From the NCBI RefSeq assembly GCF_036321535.1, contig NC_087436.1, positions 86,988,001-87,052,000 on the forward strand: a stretch of 64,000 bases of DNA. The letters are read 5' to 3'. The first letter of the stretch is position 1, and every line of letters begins with the position of its first letter. Below are positions 26,647-39,494 of this stretch, piece after piece. This stretch comes from Camelus dromedarius (Eukaryota). The notes below the pieces were generated by a model. It was not told the origin of the DNA, ran no database searches, and saw only the letters and a program-made list of their open reading frames with translations. The position numbers and the translations under genes were made by a program.

Positions 26647-27459
26647 CTCTAGAACATATGCCTCAGAAGGACAGAGAACTTTCTCTTTTGTTTACCACTG
26701 TCCTCCCAGCATCAAGAACAATGCCTCGCAGGTGATGTGAAGGAGAGAAAGAAGGGATGGGGGAGGGAGGGAAGGGTGGAGGGACAAGATCTTTGTTTTT
26801 GTAGAGATTAGATATAGGAGGAACCTATTATTTATGCATTTGTTTACAGATCTTTAAGTCCAGAGGCAAGGACTGTCTTTCCTTTGTCTATACCCTTAGA
26901 CTCATTATCTGGAGCCATATTGAGGCCATAGAAAGTGCTCAAGAAATGTCAGTTGGATTGAATCAGATGCTGAAGAAAGGCAAGATTGCTGTTGGTGATG
27001 ATAGTGACTGTCATAGTGGCTGTTGCTGTGAACAGGAGGAAAGCCACACTGCCTGGCGCTCTGTCACACAAGCAGTGCTGGTGCTGTCCAGTTGTCACAT
27101 CCCTTCCAGGCTTTCTAAGCCCAGGAGGCAAATCCACCTTCTCTGTCATGTCCTTACCTCTGGCTCCCTGCTTGATGGGGAAATCCAGCTATGTACCACC
27201 TAAAGCTTTTATGGAGAGAAAAGGAGCAGTGATAATTCTTTGTTATTCTACCCTCAAGCTCCTCCCCATCTTGCCCTTAACCAGGGAAACCTCACAAGTG
27301 GCCTGTTTTGGTGCCTGCCCTGCCCTGAGGCCTCCTCTGTTGTACCGAGTCATCCTGGCCTCCTCTTCCCCTTCTTCCCTTCTTGACACCCATGACTGAG
27401 CTGTCAGGTTATCCCATGATCTCATTAACTGCAAGACTACTTTCTGGCGTATCCTGGAG

Positions 27460-27808
27460 AGAACATGGGCTTCGGAGTTAGTCCCCTTAGATTCAGTCTT
27501 ACCTTTACAGCTCACTACTTACGTGAACTTAGGCCAATTACAAAACTCTTAGACCCTCAGTTTTCTCATCTGTAAAATGGCATAATCATGAATCTCTCAT
27601 AGATTTATTCATTTATTTATTTATATTTTATTTATTTATGTTTTTAGTGGAGGTACTGGGGATTGAACCTAGGACGTTGTGCATGCTAAGCATGCATTCT
27701 ACCACTGAGCTCTACCCACCCACCCTCATAAATTTACTATGAAGATTAAGTCAAACAGTGTATGTAAACTATCTAGCTCAATACGTGGTGCTCAATAAAT
27801 GTTAGCTC
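27460..27808 (+). mobile_element. MIR SINE interrupted by a younger SINE
   Basis: cctcagttttctcatctgtaaaatgg...ctcata[insert]...tgaagattaag...gtgctcaataaatgttagct. Confidence 0.85.
27607..27724 (-). mobile_element. tRNA-derived SINE (Vic-1-like)
   Basis: Antisense ggaggtactggggattgaacctaggac...gcatgctaagcatgcattctaccactgagct. TSD ctcatagattt (27596-27606) and ctcataaattt (27725-27735). Confidence 0.92.
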
Positions 27809-28501
27809 TCTTCCCTCTATGAATAGAACTATATACACATATTTCTAAATACATAAATACATGTGAATTTAAAGTCAATTTTGGGTGTTCAAGTTTTAAT
27901 TACATTTCAGCTTTTTGTAGTGTCTTATAGAACTGTTTCTCTATCAAAAGATTAGATTACTAAAATAACAGCTTCACTGGTTTACTCATCATCTGGAAAA
28001 GTAGTTTGTTTTAGTTACTGTAATACAGATGAACAAGGTCCTAGAGCAGCAGAGTAGAAACCTCTTTTGCAAGTCAGTAAAAGTCAATTTTTCATCTTTT
28101 TTCTCCATTGCAAATCAGGCAAACCACCTAATTAAGCAAAATAAACAGAGAAAGAGGAATAAAATGGTGGAAAAACAATTCAGTAAAAGGCAGGAAAGTA
28201 GGCTGTCCTTCGTGTAAACTCATCAGAGTGATTAGGGTGGATTCCCGTTCCTCTGTGCGCTCTTTTGACTGTCTTGGTGGAAACGACAACAATTTACACA
28301 CATAAATGATCACCAGAGAGCAGCCCTTTGAGGGAGACAGCCACGGTTCTCCACGGCTACCATGTGTGCCCTCCCCAAAAAGAGCCTGAACACTAAACAA
28401 CTCTTTAGCAGACTTGATCCTTGAGAAGGAAGACACACCATGCTACACACCACAGTTAGCTTCTGCAAGATTGTATTTGAGGAGTATCACAAGTGCTAGT
28501 T

Positions 28502-28526
28502 TGTGTGTGTGTGTGTGTGTGTGTGT
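28502..28526. repeat. (TG)12 microsatellite
   Basis: Read directly. Confidence 0.95.
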
Positions 28527-28608
28527 TTACAAAGAAAGGAGCCATGTCATAGCATTTACTGTAACACTTAATGCCTTGTTCTTAATTAATGAGTGTAATT
28601 CTAGGAGA

Positions 28609-28628
28609 ATTCTAGAACCTTCTAGATC
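28609..28628. promoter_or_regulatory. Candidate heat-shock element (nTTCnnGAAnnTTCn)
   Basis: aTTCtaGAAccTTCtaGAt has three perfect alternating nGAAn units. Motif match only. Confidence 0.3.
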
Positions 28629-28644
28629 AACATTAGATGGGCTC

Positions 28645-28735
28645 ATTAATTCTAGTCTCAGTTCTGCCATCAACCAGCTGCATGACCTTGGACAGGTTCT
28701 TGAGGCTTTAGTTTCCTCACCTGTCAACTGAGGAG
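28645..28735 (+). mobile_element. MIR core fragment
   Basis: tctagtctcagttctgccatcaaccagctgcatgaccttggacagg...tttagtttcctcacctgtcaactgagg. Confidence 0.7.
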
Positions 28736-29347
28736 GCAGGGAGTTTGTTCTGCTGTGTGTTCTCTCATATTATGTATGTCTGTGACACTATAGTATAGTT
28801 ACTCAGTATGCAGACAGTTGGAATTGTGTTTGTTCAACACATGGGAAAATTAGTATAAACTACCTGAAGATTCTTTTTTACAGTGTTTTAAACTGATACA
28901 GTGTAGCTTGTTGGACAACTTCAGCCTTGGGGTCAAAATGCAGTTTAGATGTTAAAGTCAGTTCATGGGCACAGGAAATAAAGGATGGAGAATTATGTTC
29001 ACCTTTCCCTTTTCTATTGTTCCTGGGACCTTAATGTACTGCAAAGTTTATTCACACACAAAGAAGTATTAAATTCCCACTATGGGCTAAACAGGATGTC
29101 AAGCCCTGGGCATTTAAGAAGATGAGAGCACAGTCCTCAAGGGGTCAAAGGCCAGAGCAGGAAGTCAACAAAGTGCCCTGGGGGCCCAGCACCACCTGCT
29201 GGCTGTGAGGTCAGGGACAGTCTCCTGGAGGAGCGCAATCTGAGGACAGGGTCCTGTGCTCCAGGTGGACGGGGAGCCAAGTAGGTGGAGGACGCCGCAT
29301 ATTCATGCTCGGGGCACTACAGTTTGCTAGGTGTGCTCTGAACGTGT

Positions 29348-29350
<3 letters not shown>

Positions 29351-29392
<42 letters not shown>
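29351..29392. repeat. (TG)21 microsatellite
   Basis: Read directly. Confidence 0.97.
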
Positions 29393-29393
<1 letters not shown>

Positions 29394-31149
29394 CAGGAGG
29401 CGTGACAGTCACAAAAGGCCTTGTCAGAGTGAGAGGTTTATTTTGGAAGCAGCGTGGAGCTGCTGAAGGTTTTGAACTAGATTCTTGGCCTGATTAGATT
29501 CTTAAGTCCTCCTTAACTCTTCTTTTTAGCACTTCTGCACTTTGATTTTTAGCACCTTCAGCATGCAACTCAAGGGAAAACATTACCTCTTCATGGACAG
29601 GATCTAGAATTCTCTTTCACTCTGTGTGCAGTTTTATTAAATTTTAGAGCTATTGCCCCGATCTTGCCAATGTAAAGACAGTCAGTGAGAATATGATTCC
29701 ACATGCATATTTTTTTGCCTATTTTAGGACGTGAGGAGATATATATTTCTCAGCAAACCTATGTTAGTGGTTCCTATGTTAGTATAAGGGTCCTGCTACA
29801 ACCAGTTGCCTTTCCCATGAAGTGACCCTTCCTTTCCCCACCAGCATGAATCTGCCAGCACTGCTCAAATGCCGCTGATGGCCAGAACCAGAGGCAGCAG
29901 CCTGGCCGGGAAGATGGGCCAGGATCCTGGGTGTTGTGATGTTTGTGATGCTCCTGGAACTTCAAGACTCAGGATTCCACTTTTGGTTCCCCTTGCCCCT
30001 CCATGCACAGTCTGGCTGGGCTTCTAACCTGTCCTCCAGTGGGACAGGGTCACTCAGATTTCTTAGCAGCCACACAGGTGGTGTGACTGGGAAACGTGGA
30101 TAATCGGGGACTGTGTCCCTGCTACAGGAGCCACTTCCACTCAGCTCCAGCCGGCATTTGCTGAACTGGAAGGTTGGCCCGATGCTGCACGATCTCATTT
30201 TTCAAGAGAGGATGGACATCCCCATTTCATGTATATGAAATTGTTGGATTTTTTTAGATATGAGAGGCAACAATCTGTCTGTGAGCTCTGACAGAACTCA
30301 AGTGTCTATCACCTGACTGCCTAGTAAGTATTCCAGCTGTGATCCTCTTCTGGCCTCTTCTTTGACTCCTTTTTAGCCAATGGTATTCTCTTAGATGACT
30401 TCAGAGAAGTCATAGGTAACCCAAGAGCAACATTGTAGGAGCAGACATGACACCTAAGGCAGAATGTCAAAAGGACAAGAATATGCAACGGAGACTCTTC
30501 TGATTTTAGACGGCAACATAATAAATTCAGAGGTCACTGTATTTCTGATGACTTAGGTAAGACAAATTTCCCTTTTGCTATACATGTGAGGGGCTTAGAA
30601 GCAAAAACTGGTATTACTTCAGTGCTCCCCTTAGTATCCAAATGCCAGGTTCATCATAAAATTTCTCCTGGAGTCTTTGGCATCAGCGTTCTTTGATTTG
30701 CACAGGGGAAAGCCAGGTACAACAGATTAGGGGATCTGCCTAACAACTGGGATGAGGGGAACAAATGAAGACATATAAAGCAGCTGTTCTCAGCCAGCAC
30801 CTTCTGCAAAGTATGACTTCCCTTACAGAGAGAGAGGGAGGATTTTTAATTTTCCTATCATCTGAGTATGCCGAACTTTAAAAAAATAAACATGCGTTCC
30901 ACTCTGTCAGACATTTGCAGGCACTGCAAAATGTCCCCTCTCTGGAGAGAAATCATGGTGCCTGGTTTGCCACATAGCCCTTGCACATCTTTGGGCTTCT
31001 CTGGAGTGAGTCAAAACCAGTGACTGGTGGTCGAGGTAGCACACCATTAACAATGTGGTTGTTTAGCACAATGTGTGTGGGAGCAGTTGGTACAAACTCA
31101 GATTAAGATCTTTTCAGTGGCTCAGCTGTGTTCAAAACTTAATAAGATC

Positions 31150-31300
31150 TTGGGTCCATGGAAAGCTTCCTGGAAGAGGTGACATCGAAACAGAACTCGA
31201 TGGATGCGTAGGAATTAGGCAGCTGAAGAGGACAGAGAAAAGAATGTTCTGGGTAGCAGGAATAGCATAGGCAAAGGCCCTTTGAGGGAAGAAAGTTCAG
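31150..31300 (-). mobile_element. L2 fragment
   Basis: ggaaagcttcctggaagaggtgacatcgaaacagaactcgatggatgcgtaggaattaggcag...aggaatagcataggcaaaggccc. Confidence 0.75.
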
Positions 31301-32453
31301 AACTGGCCTTGACTTGAATGCAATTAGAGAGCTGTGAGGAGTAAAGCTTTGTGGGTGAGCAAGGGGCCGGCCACGACGGGCTTCAGTCAGGCCACAGAGT
31401 TCACCCGAGGCTTACCCCCTTCCCTCTGAGTAGGACAGAGCACGGTGTTACAGCACGCAGTAGGGGCAGGCAGGGGCAACATGGCCTCTTCCACATTATA
31501 ACACAGTGTTCCTCCACGGTCCAGAGAGAAAAGTGTTTTGTGACCATCACACACAAGTCTGTATAGGAAGGCAGCTGTGCCAAGTACAGAATGTTAAGTC
31601 TTAGTTCTATTTGTTCTTACAAATATTTCATCAAGGTTGAAACCAAAACAAAGAAAACTAAAGGCCCCCTCTCAAGAGTAGACCTCCCTCAGTTCCTTCA
31701 GACTGGCGTCACCTCCCCCTTCCTGGCCACTGTGGTAATGCTCTGCCTCTGGCCAGGAGGAATAGAATTATCCTGCAACTGATGAGAATTATTAAATGAA
31801 GTACAAACAAATTAACTCATTTTGGAATTGTAGTAATTCATACTAGTAATGGACTAAAATTTTCTTTGTTCTTTGAAATAAGGGGTTCAAAACAATTAAA
31901 ATAATGTAAACAAGGATATAGGGCACAGGCGTTGAGATGCTGATTAATGTTGTCTGTTAATTCATTAAAGCAGGTCCTCAAGGATTTTGTCAGCTCCAAA
32001 GGGTCATCTTACCCTTTGAAAGCAATAATCATTCAGTTCTTTAAAAATTGATTTCATGATTATTGCCCCTTTGTTGCTAATTCAAGCTATCCTCAAATTA
32101 AATTTCAGAAGGGAGCTGTAGAAGGTATATATATGGTTGAATTTACAGAAGAGGATAAGGTGATTTTTGCCCAAGATGAGGACGTGCTTCAGCCTTATGA
32201 TTCAGGGACTGTTGAAATGGGTTACAATGCCTGGAATGTGTTTAGGCTAAAAAGTATTTAATAGCATCCCATGTCATTATTATTATTACTCAAAGACATT
32301 TCAAATAGTATTTTGAAACATCACTCTAGATTTTCATTTATTACAGAATCAAAGATAAATGCCCAGTACATTTGAGACTGCGTTGCTCTGTATCAGCAAT
32401 GATTGAGCATCTGTCTCCTTTTTGTGGAATCCAGCCAGAAAGGAATTCCTGAC

Positions 32454-33360
32454 TGTGATACTGTGATTTATAATAACAAGTATATAGATTTGCCCTTCAG
32501 CCCCATTTCTGGCACAGAGTTCCTAACTCCCTTGGAATTTCTTAAGTGGTAAGAACCACAAAGGCATCTTTTGTTATGTTAATGAGGTGACTTTTGGACC
32601 CGACGCAAGGATAGGGACTGGTAGACAGGAAGCCAACCAAGTGATTAGTGGGTTGGAAATTTCAGTCCTACCCTGCAACCTCTGGAAGGGGAGAGGGGCT
32701 GGAAGTTGAATCAATTACCGATGGCCAATGATTTATTTAATCAATCAAGACTACATAATAAAGCCTCCATAAAAGCACACCAGGATGGGGTTTAGAGGAC
32801 TTCCGGGTTGGTAAACACGTGGAGGTACTGAGAGTGGTACTCCTGGAGAGGATACGGACATTCCCCACCCTTTCCCCTATACCTTAGGCTATGTACTTCC
32901 ATCTGCTATTCCTGCGTTACTTCCTTTTGTAATAAACCAGTAATCTAGTAAGTAAAATATTTATCTGAGTCCTGTGAGCCTCTCTAGCAACTTAATCAAA
33001 CCCAATGAGTGGGTCATGGGAACCTCTGATTTACAGCCAGTTGGTCAGAAGTACAGGTAACACCCTAGACTGGCGACTAGAGTCTGAAGTCCAAGTAGGG
33101 GGGCATTGCAACCGCCAGTCTGTAGCGGGTTTGCCAGAAGCACAGGTAACAATAGCCTGAAGTGTGTGGTGTCTGAAGGGGAAGGGGGGCAGTCTTGTAG
33201 TACTGAACCCTCAACCTGTGGGATCTGATGCCATCTCCAGGTAGATAGAGTCAGAATTGAGTTGAATTGTAGGACACCCAGCTGGTGTCCAAGAATTGTT
33301 GGTTGCTATGGGGAGGCCCCTCCCCCATGTTGGAAACTGGGTCTCAGAGCACCCATCAGA
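32454..33360 (+). mobile_element. MER21-family ERVL solo LTR (about 907 bp)
   Basis: Starts tgtgatactgtgatttataataa. Contains the MER21-like blocks gatggccaatgattt...aatcaatca, aataaacc and tgtgggatctgatgccatctccaggtagatag. 5-bp TSD ctgac at 32449-32453 and 33361-33365. Confidence 0.88.
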
Positions 33361-33884
33361 CTGACTGAAGAAGGGTGGGTCCACACCTGGTTATCTCGTT
33401 GGCTGAGGATGAGGGGGTGGCACTAGGAAAGCTGAGATAGTGCTTTTGAAATTAACATTCCCTTTCATTTTCATGAATATGGGAATATGCATTTGAGAAT
33501 GAATAAAGGGGATTTAATCTCTTATCACTGAGAGACTCTAGTAGCTGAGTGTGATTTTAGCCATGGTAACTACATCTTTCTCATGACATTAAGTGCTCAG
33601 AGGGACACCCCACAGATAAGTTGTGTTTTTTTTTTTGTCCTGAAATAAAACTAGCCTGGCTTCCATTTTCCCATTGTTTGCTGACATTACAGTACTTTAC
33701 ATCCCCTGTGAGACCTTAGGCCTGTCTGCCTTACTCCACACCGCGGCCCCACAGTGCATGGCATACAGTAGGCCCAAACATCTGATGAATGACTGCTGAG
33801 ATTTTCTCTCTCCTGTGTTAAATGTTTTCTGATGATCCTAGCCCTCGCTAGTAACAGTAGCTTTCCTCGTGCTCTAGTCCCAGT

Positions 33885-33995
33885 TTCTCTACCAACTAGC
33901 AGTGTGACCTGGCTGGATAAACAGTCTCTCTGGATCCTAATTTATTCATCTGAAAAATGAAGGGGATAGGTTTCATCAGCTCAAAAGTCCCGTGG
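33885..33995 (+). mobile_element. MIR core fragment
   Basis: ctctaccaactagcagtgtgacctgg...tctctggatcctaatttattcatctgaaaaatgaaggggatag. Confidence 0.65.
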
Positions 33996-36989
33996 ATTTA
34001 TACCAATATTCTACCAGGTGTTTGAAAGAATTAGATCATCTAAGAAGGAAGAATACAAGGATAATAATATTGTTACTACTTTTGGTTAACAGTCAGGCCA
34101 AGGCACAAACTTAACTTTTAATAATGCCTCTTTTGAAAAGAGAATTTACCAGCATCCCAAATCCCAGAATCTAAGAGCTGCCAGGGATCCAGGCATGGAA
34201 AACCTTCTGGGCAAAGACTCTCTCCCGAAATAGTTGAGCTTTGGCAGTAATTCCTTACCTGACTATCTATACCGGTTGCATCACAGGAACCTCTGGGTCT
34301 CTTTTTGCTTAAGGCCTGTTTCCCAGGGAGGTGAAGGGGCCTCTTTTCCCCAGGCCTGAGCTCTGGGGTTGGCCTCTTTGACCCTTTGCCATTCCCAAGG
34401 CCAAGGGGAAAATGAAAAAGCGTCTCGGAGAGTCTCTCATTGCAGCTAGACTGGTATGTCTGCCTTTGTTGCCTACTCCAGGGCTCCTTCCCCTAGTTGT
34501 ACTCCACATGGGCCCCACATAAGCAGGAGGCTAGTCTCTCCACACCTGTTCCCGGGATGGACAGGAGAACACACCACAAAAGGCTTTTCACCTTTTTATT
34601 CCTGCCACAAAAAATTCCTATTGCCCCTACCACCAGGGCCCACCTGTGTATTCTGAAGCTCTTTTATGCCTTGACCTAACTCTCAACAGCCCTTGGGGGT
34701 TGAGTGGGAAGAGGGGAGCCTGGAGCCACCTTCAAAAACTATGGCACCACCAATATGGCACCAACAATAACAAATTGCAGTACACAGGGCAGGACCCATG
34801 AGGAAGGCTCCAGAGTGAGCGCAGAGGGACACACTCCTAGATATGATAGGTCCAGCACTGCAGCATGGACCAAGGCGTCCTTGGTCTGGGGGAAGAAGGT
34901 CCTGGTCCCCATAGCTGGCCTACAGTCACACATGCCCCTGAAGCAGGATAAAGGTGTGACACTGAAATATGTCTGGTGACACTGCTGTTCTGAGTTTCTT
35001 GGATAGACAGATGCAACCAAGCGCTCAAGCTGGGTTTTGAAAAATGATCTGATAATGCTTCCCATGAGTCGCTTTTCCAGTAGAAGCCCTGGAATGCAGC
35101 CTTATTGTCTCCTTGTCTCGGGCTGAGTTTTTGTCCCAGATGCTGACCCTGCTCCTTCCTCACACGAGGAGGTTTGCTGGATTGGGAAGAGTAATGGAGG
35201 CCGACAGCCTAATTTGTTCTTGGCAGGAGCCACACTCTGCATTGCTGTGGGGATCAGGAGAATCGTAAATAATTCACGGGGTTCTGGTGTGCTGAGATGA
35301 GATGGACCAAATTTGCCATAATTTCATTTTGTTCTCCCTCTTCTCACTCCAAGCCCTGTGCACCCCATAGCTGCTCAGCCCCCAAGCCAGCATCTCCCCT
35401 TTGATTCCTTAGGAGAGGGCAGGGTGGGCTCTCTCCAAGTGAACATGAAACACATTGAGCTGGTATGTGAAGATGCTGTGATGCAGAAACTAGGACATCT
35501 TGAAAGCTGAAACATAAAACAGCCTTTTAAAAAGGGAAAATAACTCCAATGTGTTTCCAATATGCTCCGCACAGGAAACGGGCTGGAGGCTCCAGTGATG
35601 CTCGGGGAGTCAGCTCCAGCTGGAGGGCTTTATCATTGCTCTGTCATCATCTGTGCATCAGATCCCCAAGATCTTTCTGCTCTGGCTCCAGGAGACAGTG
35701 GGTACTAAAGGCTAGAGAGCTTGGAATGTCAGCGTGGCCTTGTGGGTCCCTCTGTCTCTTTCAGAATTTAAAAATTCAAATAATTAGCCTGCTCCCTGTC
35801 TGACTCAGAATTGTGAATGTTTGAGCAAGTGCCTCGGGGATCCAAAGTGACCTTCTGTTTGGGCTCTACTCTCTCTTATCCAAAGATGGGGGAAGAAGGC
35901 GACTCAAAGGCAATACCAAGACTTCAGTCACCTGGTTCACGCTGTTTAGGCACAGGGCGGTGGTGGCTAAATGCGACCAGAGTGCCGCTCTGTCTAGATC
36001 TGGGGTGTAGAGAGATCCCAGCTTCATGTCCTTACTGCCATCAGCAGGTCCAGCCCTCCTCTCTGCCACCCCCAGGGCCTCACGGCCAGCCTCCGACTCT
36101 CCTGTTTTACTGGGTTCTAGGGCAGGGGACTTGGGGCAGCTTCAGGTGGCACGTGTGGGAGACAGCCCGGCAGTGGAACGGGCAGGGAACACCGCGTGAT
36201 CCGCTGACATCCGCCCTCCCTACTTCAGACTTAGGCTTTCTCAGACCCCTCCCCTCCACCCTTCTCCCTCGGGCACACGCTCTCTCTTTGCCCCTCTCCT
36301 TGGAGGCAGAATTCAGAGAGGTGTTAGTTCCTCAGAGTGGGAGATACTTGCCAGTTTTCAACAAAGGTTTACTGGAAAAGGTGTGAGGGAGATGAAAGAT
36401 TTGGGGATTATCTGTAAACTTTATTTCCCTTTCTGTTTTACAGAAACCAGGCAGGATGCTGATTAAGTAACTCAGTCACTCAGTTCCTGCCTTTAAGACA
36501 CAGAATCTAGAAGAGGGAACACAAGTGAACCCCGTAGTTACGTATCAGTTTTCAGCTTTTCTTACAATAGGTATTATTAGAGGCAAAGCAACTTCTTCTC
36601 CAGCAGCAGATGGTGGTGGTGTCATGAACACCACAGCTACTAAGCTTTCTTTATTTTGATGATGATGATGATAAATATGCTTCATGAGATTGTGCAGAGA
36701 CTTTCATCCTTTCTTCGCGTTAATGAGTGAGTTCACCGCATTCTCAGCAGTGAGGGCAGAAACGACGTCAGTCTACGTGGCTCTGTGGAATTTCACAGGC
36801 AGACAGGACTTCACAGGGTGGTGCACCTGCAGAGTGGGCAGGGGGAAATGGGGGTGGGGGGTGCTCTGGAGACAGAGTGCAGCCCCACCACCAGGGCACG
36901 AGGCTGTCTGATGTCACTCCCCTCTCAGAGAGGTCCCTGTGTCAGATGCGCAAGGTGATCCTCAAGCTCTTCTCAGAACATTGGCTCTC

Positions 36990-37110
36990 GCAGACTATCC
37001 TCTACCTTGACAGATAAGGACACTGATTACCTCACTTGCCCGAGGTCAGTAGTAGCAGAGCCGGAGGGAGAATCTGGTTCGCTCACTCCAAGTCCCCTAT
37101 TCTTTCCACT
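36990..37110 (-). mobile_element. MIR fragment
   Basis: gacagataaggacactga...cacttgcccgaggtca...agtagcagagccgg...actccaagtccc. Confidence 0.65.
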
Positions 37111-38581
37111 TCTCTCTCTCGTAATTTCCGGATGGTCAGAGGCACCGTAAGATATTAACGAAATGTTAGGGCTTTGCAGAAAAGTAAAGTAACAAAGCAA
37201 TGTGGAGGGAAAAAAAGAGATCCTCTAAGTTTGATCATGATCCATCCAAAATGTGCCCATACCTGGGCTCCCTCAGGTACACTCAGTGGGAATCCGCAGC
37301 CCTCAGGGTATTTGTCATCCCTCCCCAGCCATTCAGGGGAGCCACTAGCCTAAGGGTGCCCCCTGACCTGGAGTGACCTCCAGTGCTACCTGCTCTACAC
37401 CCAGCTGTCCAGAGCCTGCCAGCCTCGGAACAGCGAGGACAGATCAGGGCGCTGGAAGGCACACCTGCGCCCTCAGCCCCCTCACCACGGCGCTGCCAGT
37501 TTGGGCCACAGATCTTCTTTTTGACAGCCCCCAAGAATCTCCCCCACTTCCTCTGCCTCCAGCTCTATTTTTCGAGGGTGTTTGTTGTCAAGTACAAAGC
37601 CCTCTATGAATAATTTTAGCGTCAAGAGAAAAGTACCCATCCTAGAGAGTTTAAGTGATGTCAGTTAATTTTATGGCCATTTCTACCATTGCAGTTTGGA
37701 AATTTGGGTGGAAATCCAGCAAGATTGCCCACTTGTCCCCGGCCTGTGCAGCATGGCATTTTGTTTTCACCAAACCACCCGTTTGTACCAGCCCCTTGCA
37801 ACCATCTCTGTTTCTGCAGTTGCCTTGAGGCCGTTATTTTGAGGAGAGAAACAGCATATGTAAAAAATTACACAAAGCCTATAAACACACTTGAGGCCAA
37901 AACACAGAGCTGCTTTTAGACATGCATTGAGCCACCAAAATTATTTTGATGATTTAGTTGCAACATATAAATAAAAGACACAATTAAAGAAAAGAAACAT
38001 ACTTAAGAAAAATACACACACACTTTTTAAGGCTGCTTGGGGAAATGTATCCACTGTACAGACATGTACTTTTTTAAGTTCATACCCTGCCTCATTCCAG
38101 AAGGATATGAGATAGCTTCAGGACAAATACTGGCAGATAGAACCATCTGAACTCAACATTTTTATGCCAGAATGACTTCCTACCAGCTCAGGACTCTTAT
38201 TTCCACAGCTTCAACTCCACCTCAGGTTCCAGAACCGGAGAGAATTAAACAGACGTCCCTCACTTGGCAGTTGGGTGGAAAAAAGCCAGGTGACCTTGAG
38301 GCTGGTTCTGCTCAGATGTGAGGAAGTAGTAATCAGGCTCTTAATCTGTTTCTGATGATCAGCTCCTCTCCCCTGGTCGTAACCAAAGTTTTATCTCTGG
38401 GTGCCAGTCTTGTTCTCCAAGGCTGAGGTCATCCTCAAAAACCTGTGTGGTTTTCCCGGTGCTCCAGGCTCAGGGACCTTCCATCCTGTCCCTAGTCTTC
38501 TTGCTGGTAGGAGCTCTTCACTGGAACCCTGACCCCAGAGGGTCTCCCCTTGAGCCCCAATGTGTCCTCCAAAGGGAAAGG

Positions 38582-38780
38582 GAAAGAATGTAGACTCTGA
38601 AATTAGCTAATCTGGGAATGAATCCAGAATCTGCCTTTTGCTGTCCTCAAAACCTTGATGACTTACTTAGCTTCAGTTTCCTTATCTTGAAATGGGAGGA
38701 ACAGTAGTACCAATCCCAGAGGTTCTGGTGAGGATGAAATGACATAACACCCACAACACGGACACATGAGTATTTAATGC
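38582..38780 (+). mobile_element. MIR SINE
   Basis: gaaagaatgtagactctgaaattag...cttcagtttccttatcttgaaatggg...tggtgaggatgaaatgacataa. Confidence 0.75.
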
Positions 38781-39399
38781 ACAGGTGCCATTGTCACTGC
38801 ACTTGCCTCTCCCTAAGCACACTGGACAGCAACCATGTATCTAATGATTTAACTCAACCTGAATCTCCTATATTGTATTGCCTATAAACAAGCTTTCCTG
38901 TGGGCCAGATCTACTCAGCCCCCAGAATGCCCTCCAGTACCCTGTGCCAGGCCTCCCTCCCTCCTCTAGCCCATACCCCACCCCTAGTCAGCAGGACATC
39001 CCGACTCTGCACACCAGGGGCCTGCCTTGCATTGGTCCCCTGTGGCCACGTCTGCTCCTGGCTCACATGCGTGCATGTGTCCAGGCCCTCCCACACTCTC
39101 CCTGCCACCTCAGCCCTGTTCTGAAGTAAAGATAGAACTAATGCTTAAGAGTTAAAACATTGGGCATTTTCTTCAAGATCACTGTATGTCTTTTGTTGGA
39201 AAAACCAACCCTTTCGGTATTTCATGACTTTTACCATTTCTTTTTTCATTCATTCCAAAAATAGTAGCTACAGGATGAACAAGACAGACCCAGTGCCTGC
39301 CCTCAGTCTGCTTAGTGTGTAGTAAGGGAATTGCATAAGGGGCAGTAGAGTGTATATTGGTCAATATGTATTAAAGGTCCTGTTTAACTTTGTAATTTA

Positions 39400-39485
39400 C
39401 GTAGTTCTTCGACTCAGGCAAGTTGCTTAACCCATCTGTGCCTCATTTTCTTCATCTGAAAACTGGAATAATGATAGCTTCTACC
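39400..39485 (+). mobile_element. MIR core fragment
   Basis: ggcaagttgcttaacccatctgtgcctcattttcttcatctgaaaactggaataatgatag. Confidence 0.75.
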
Positions 39486-39494
39486 AACAGTTTG

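Noticed and set aside
35817..36386. Longest ORF in the track (189 aa)
   Set aside because: No recognisable domain. The Pro/Gly/Leu/Trp-rich composition is typical of chance ORFs in GC-richer DNA, and there is no convincing exon context.
38812..38835. REST/RE1-like motif (also about 17350-17370)
   Set aside because: Only about 14 of 21 positions match the consensus.
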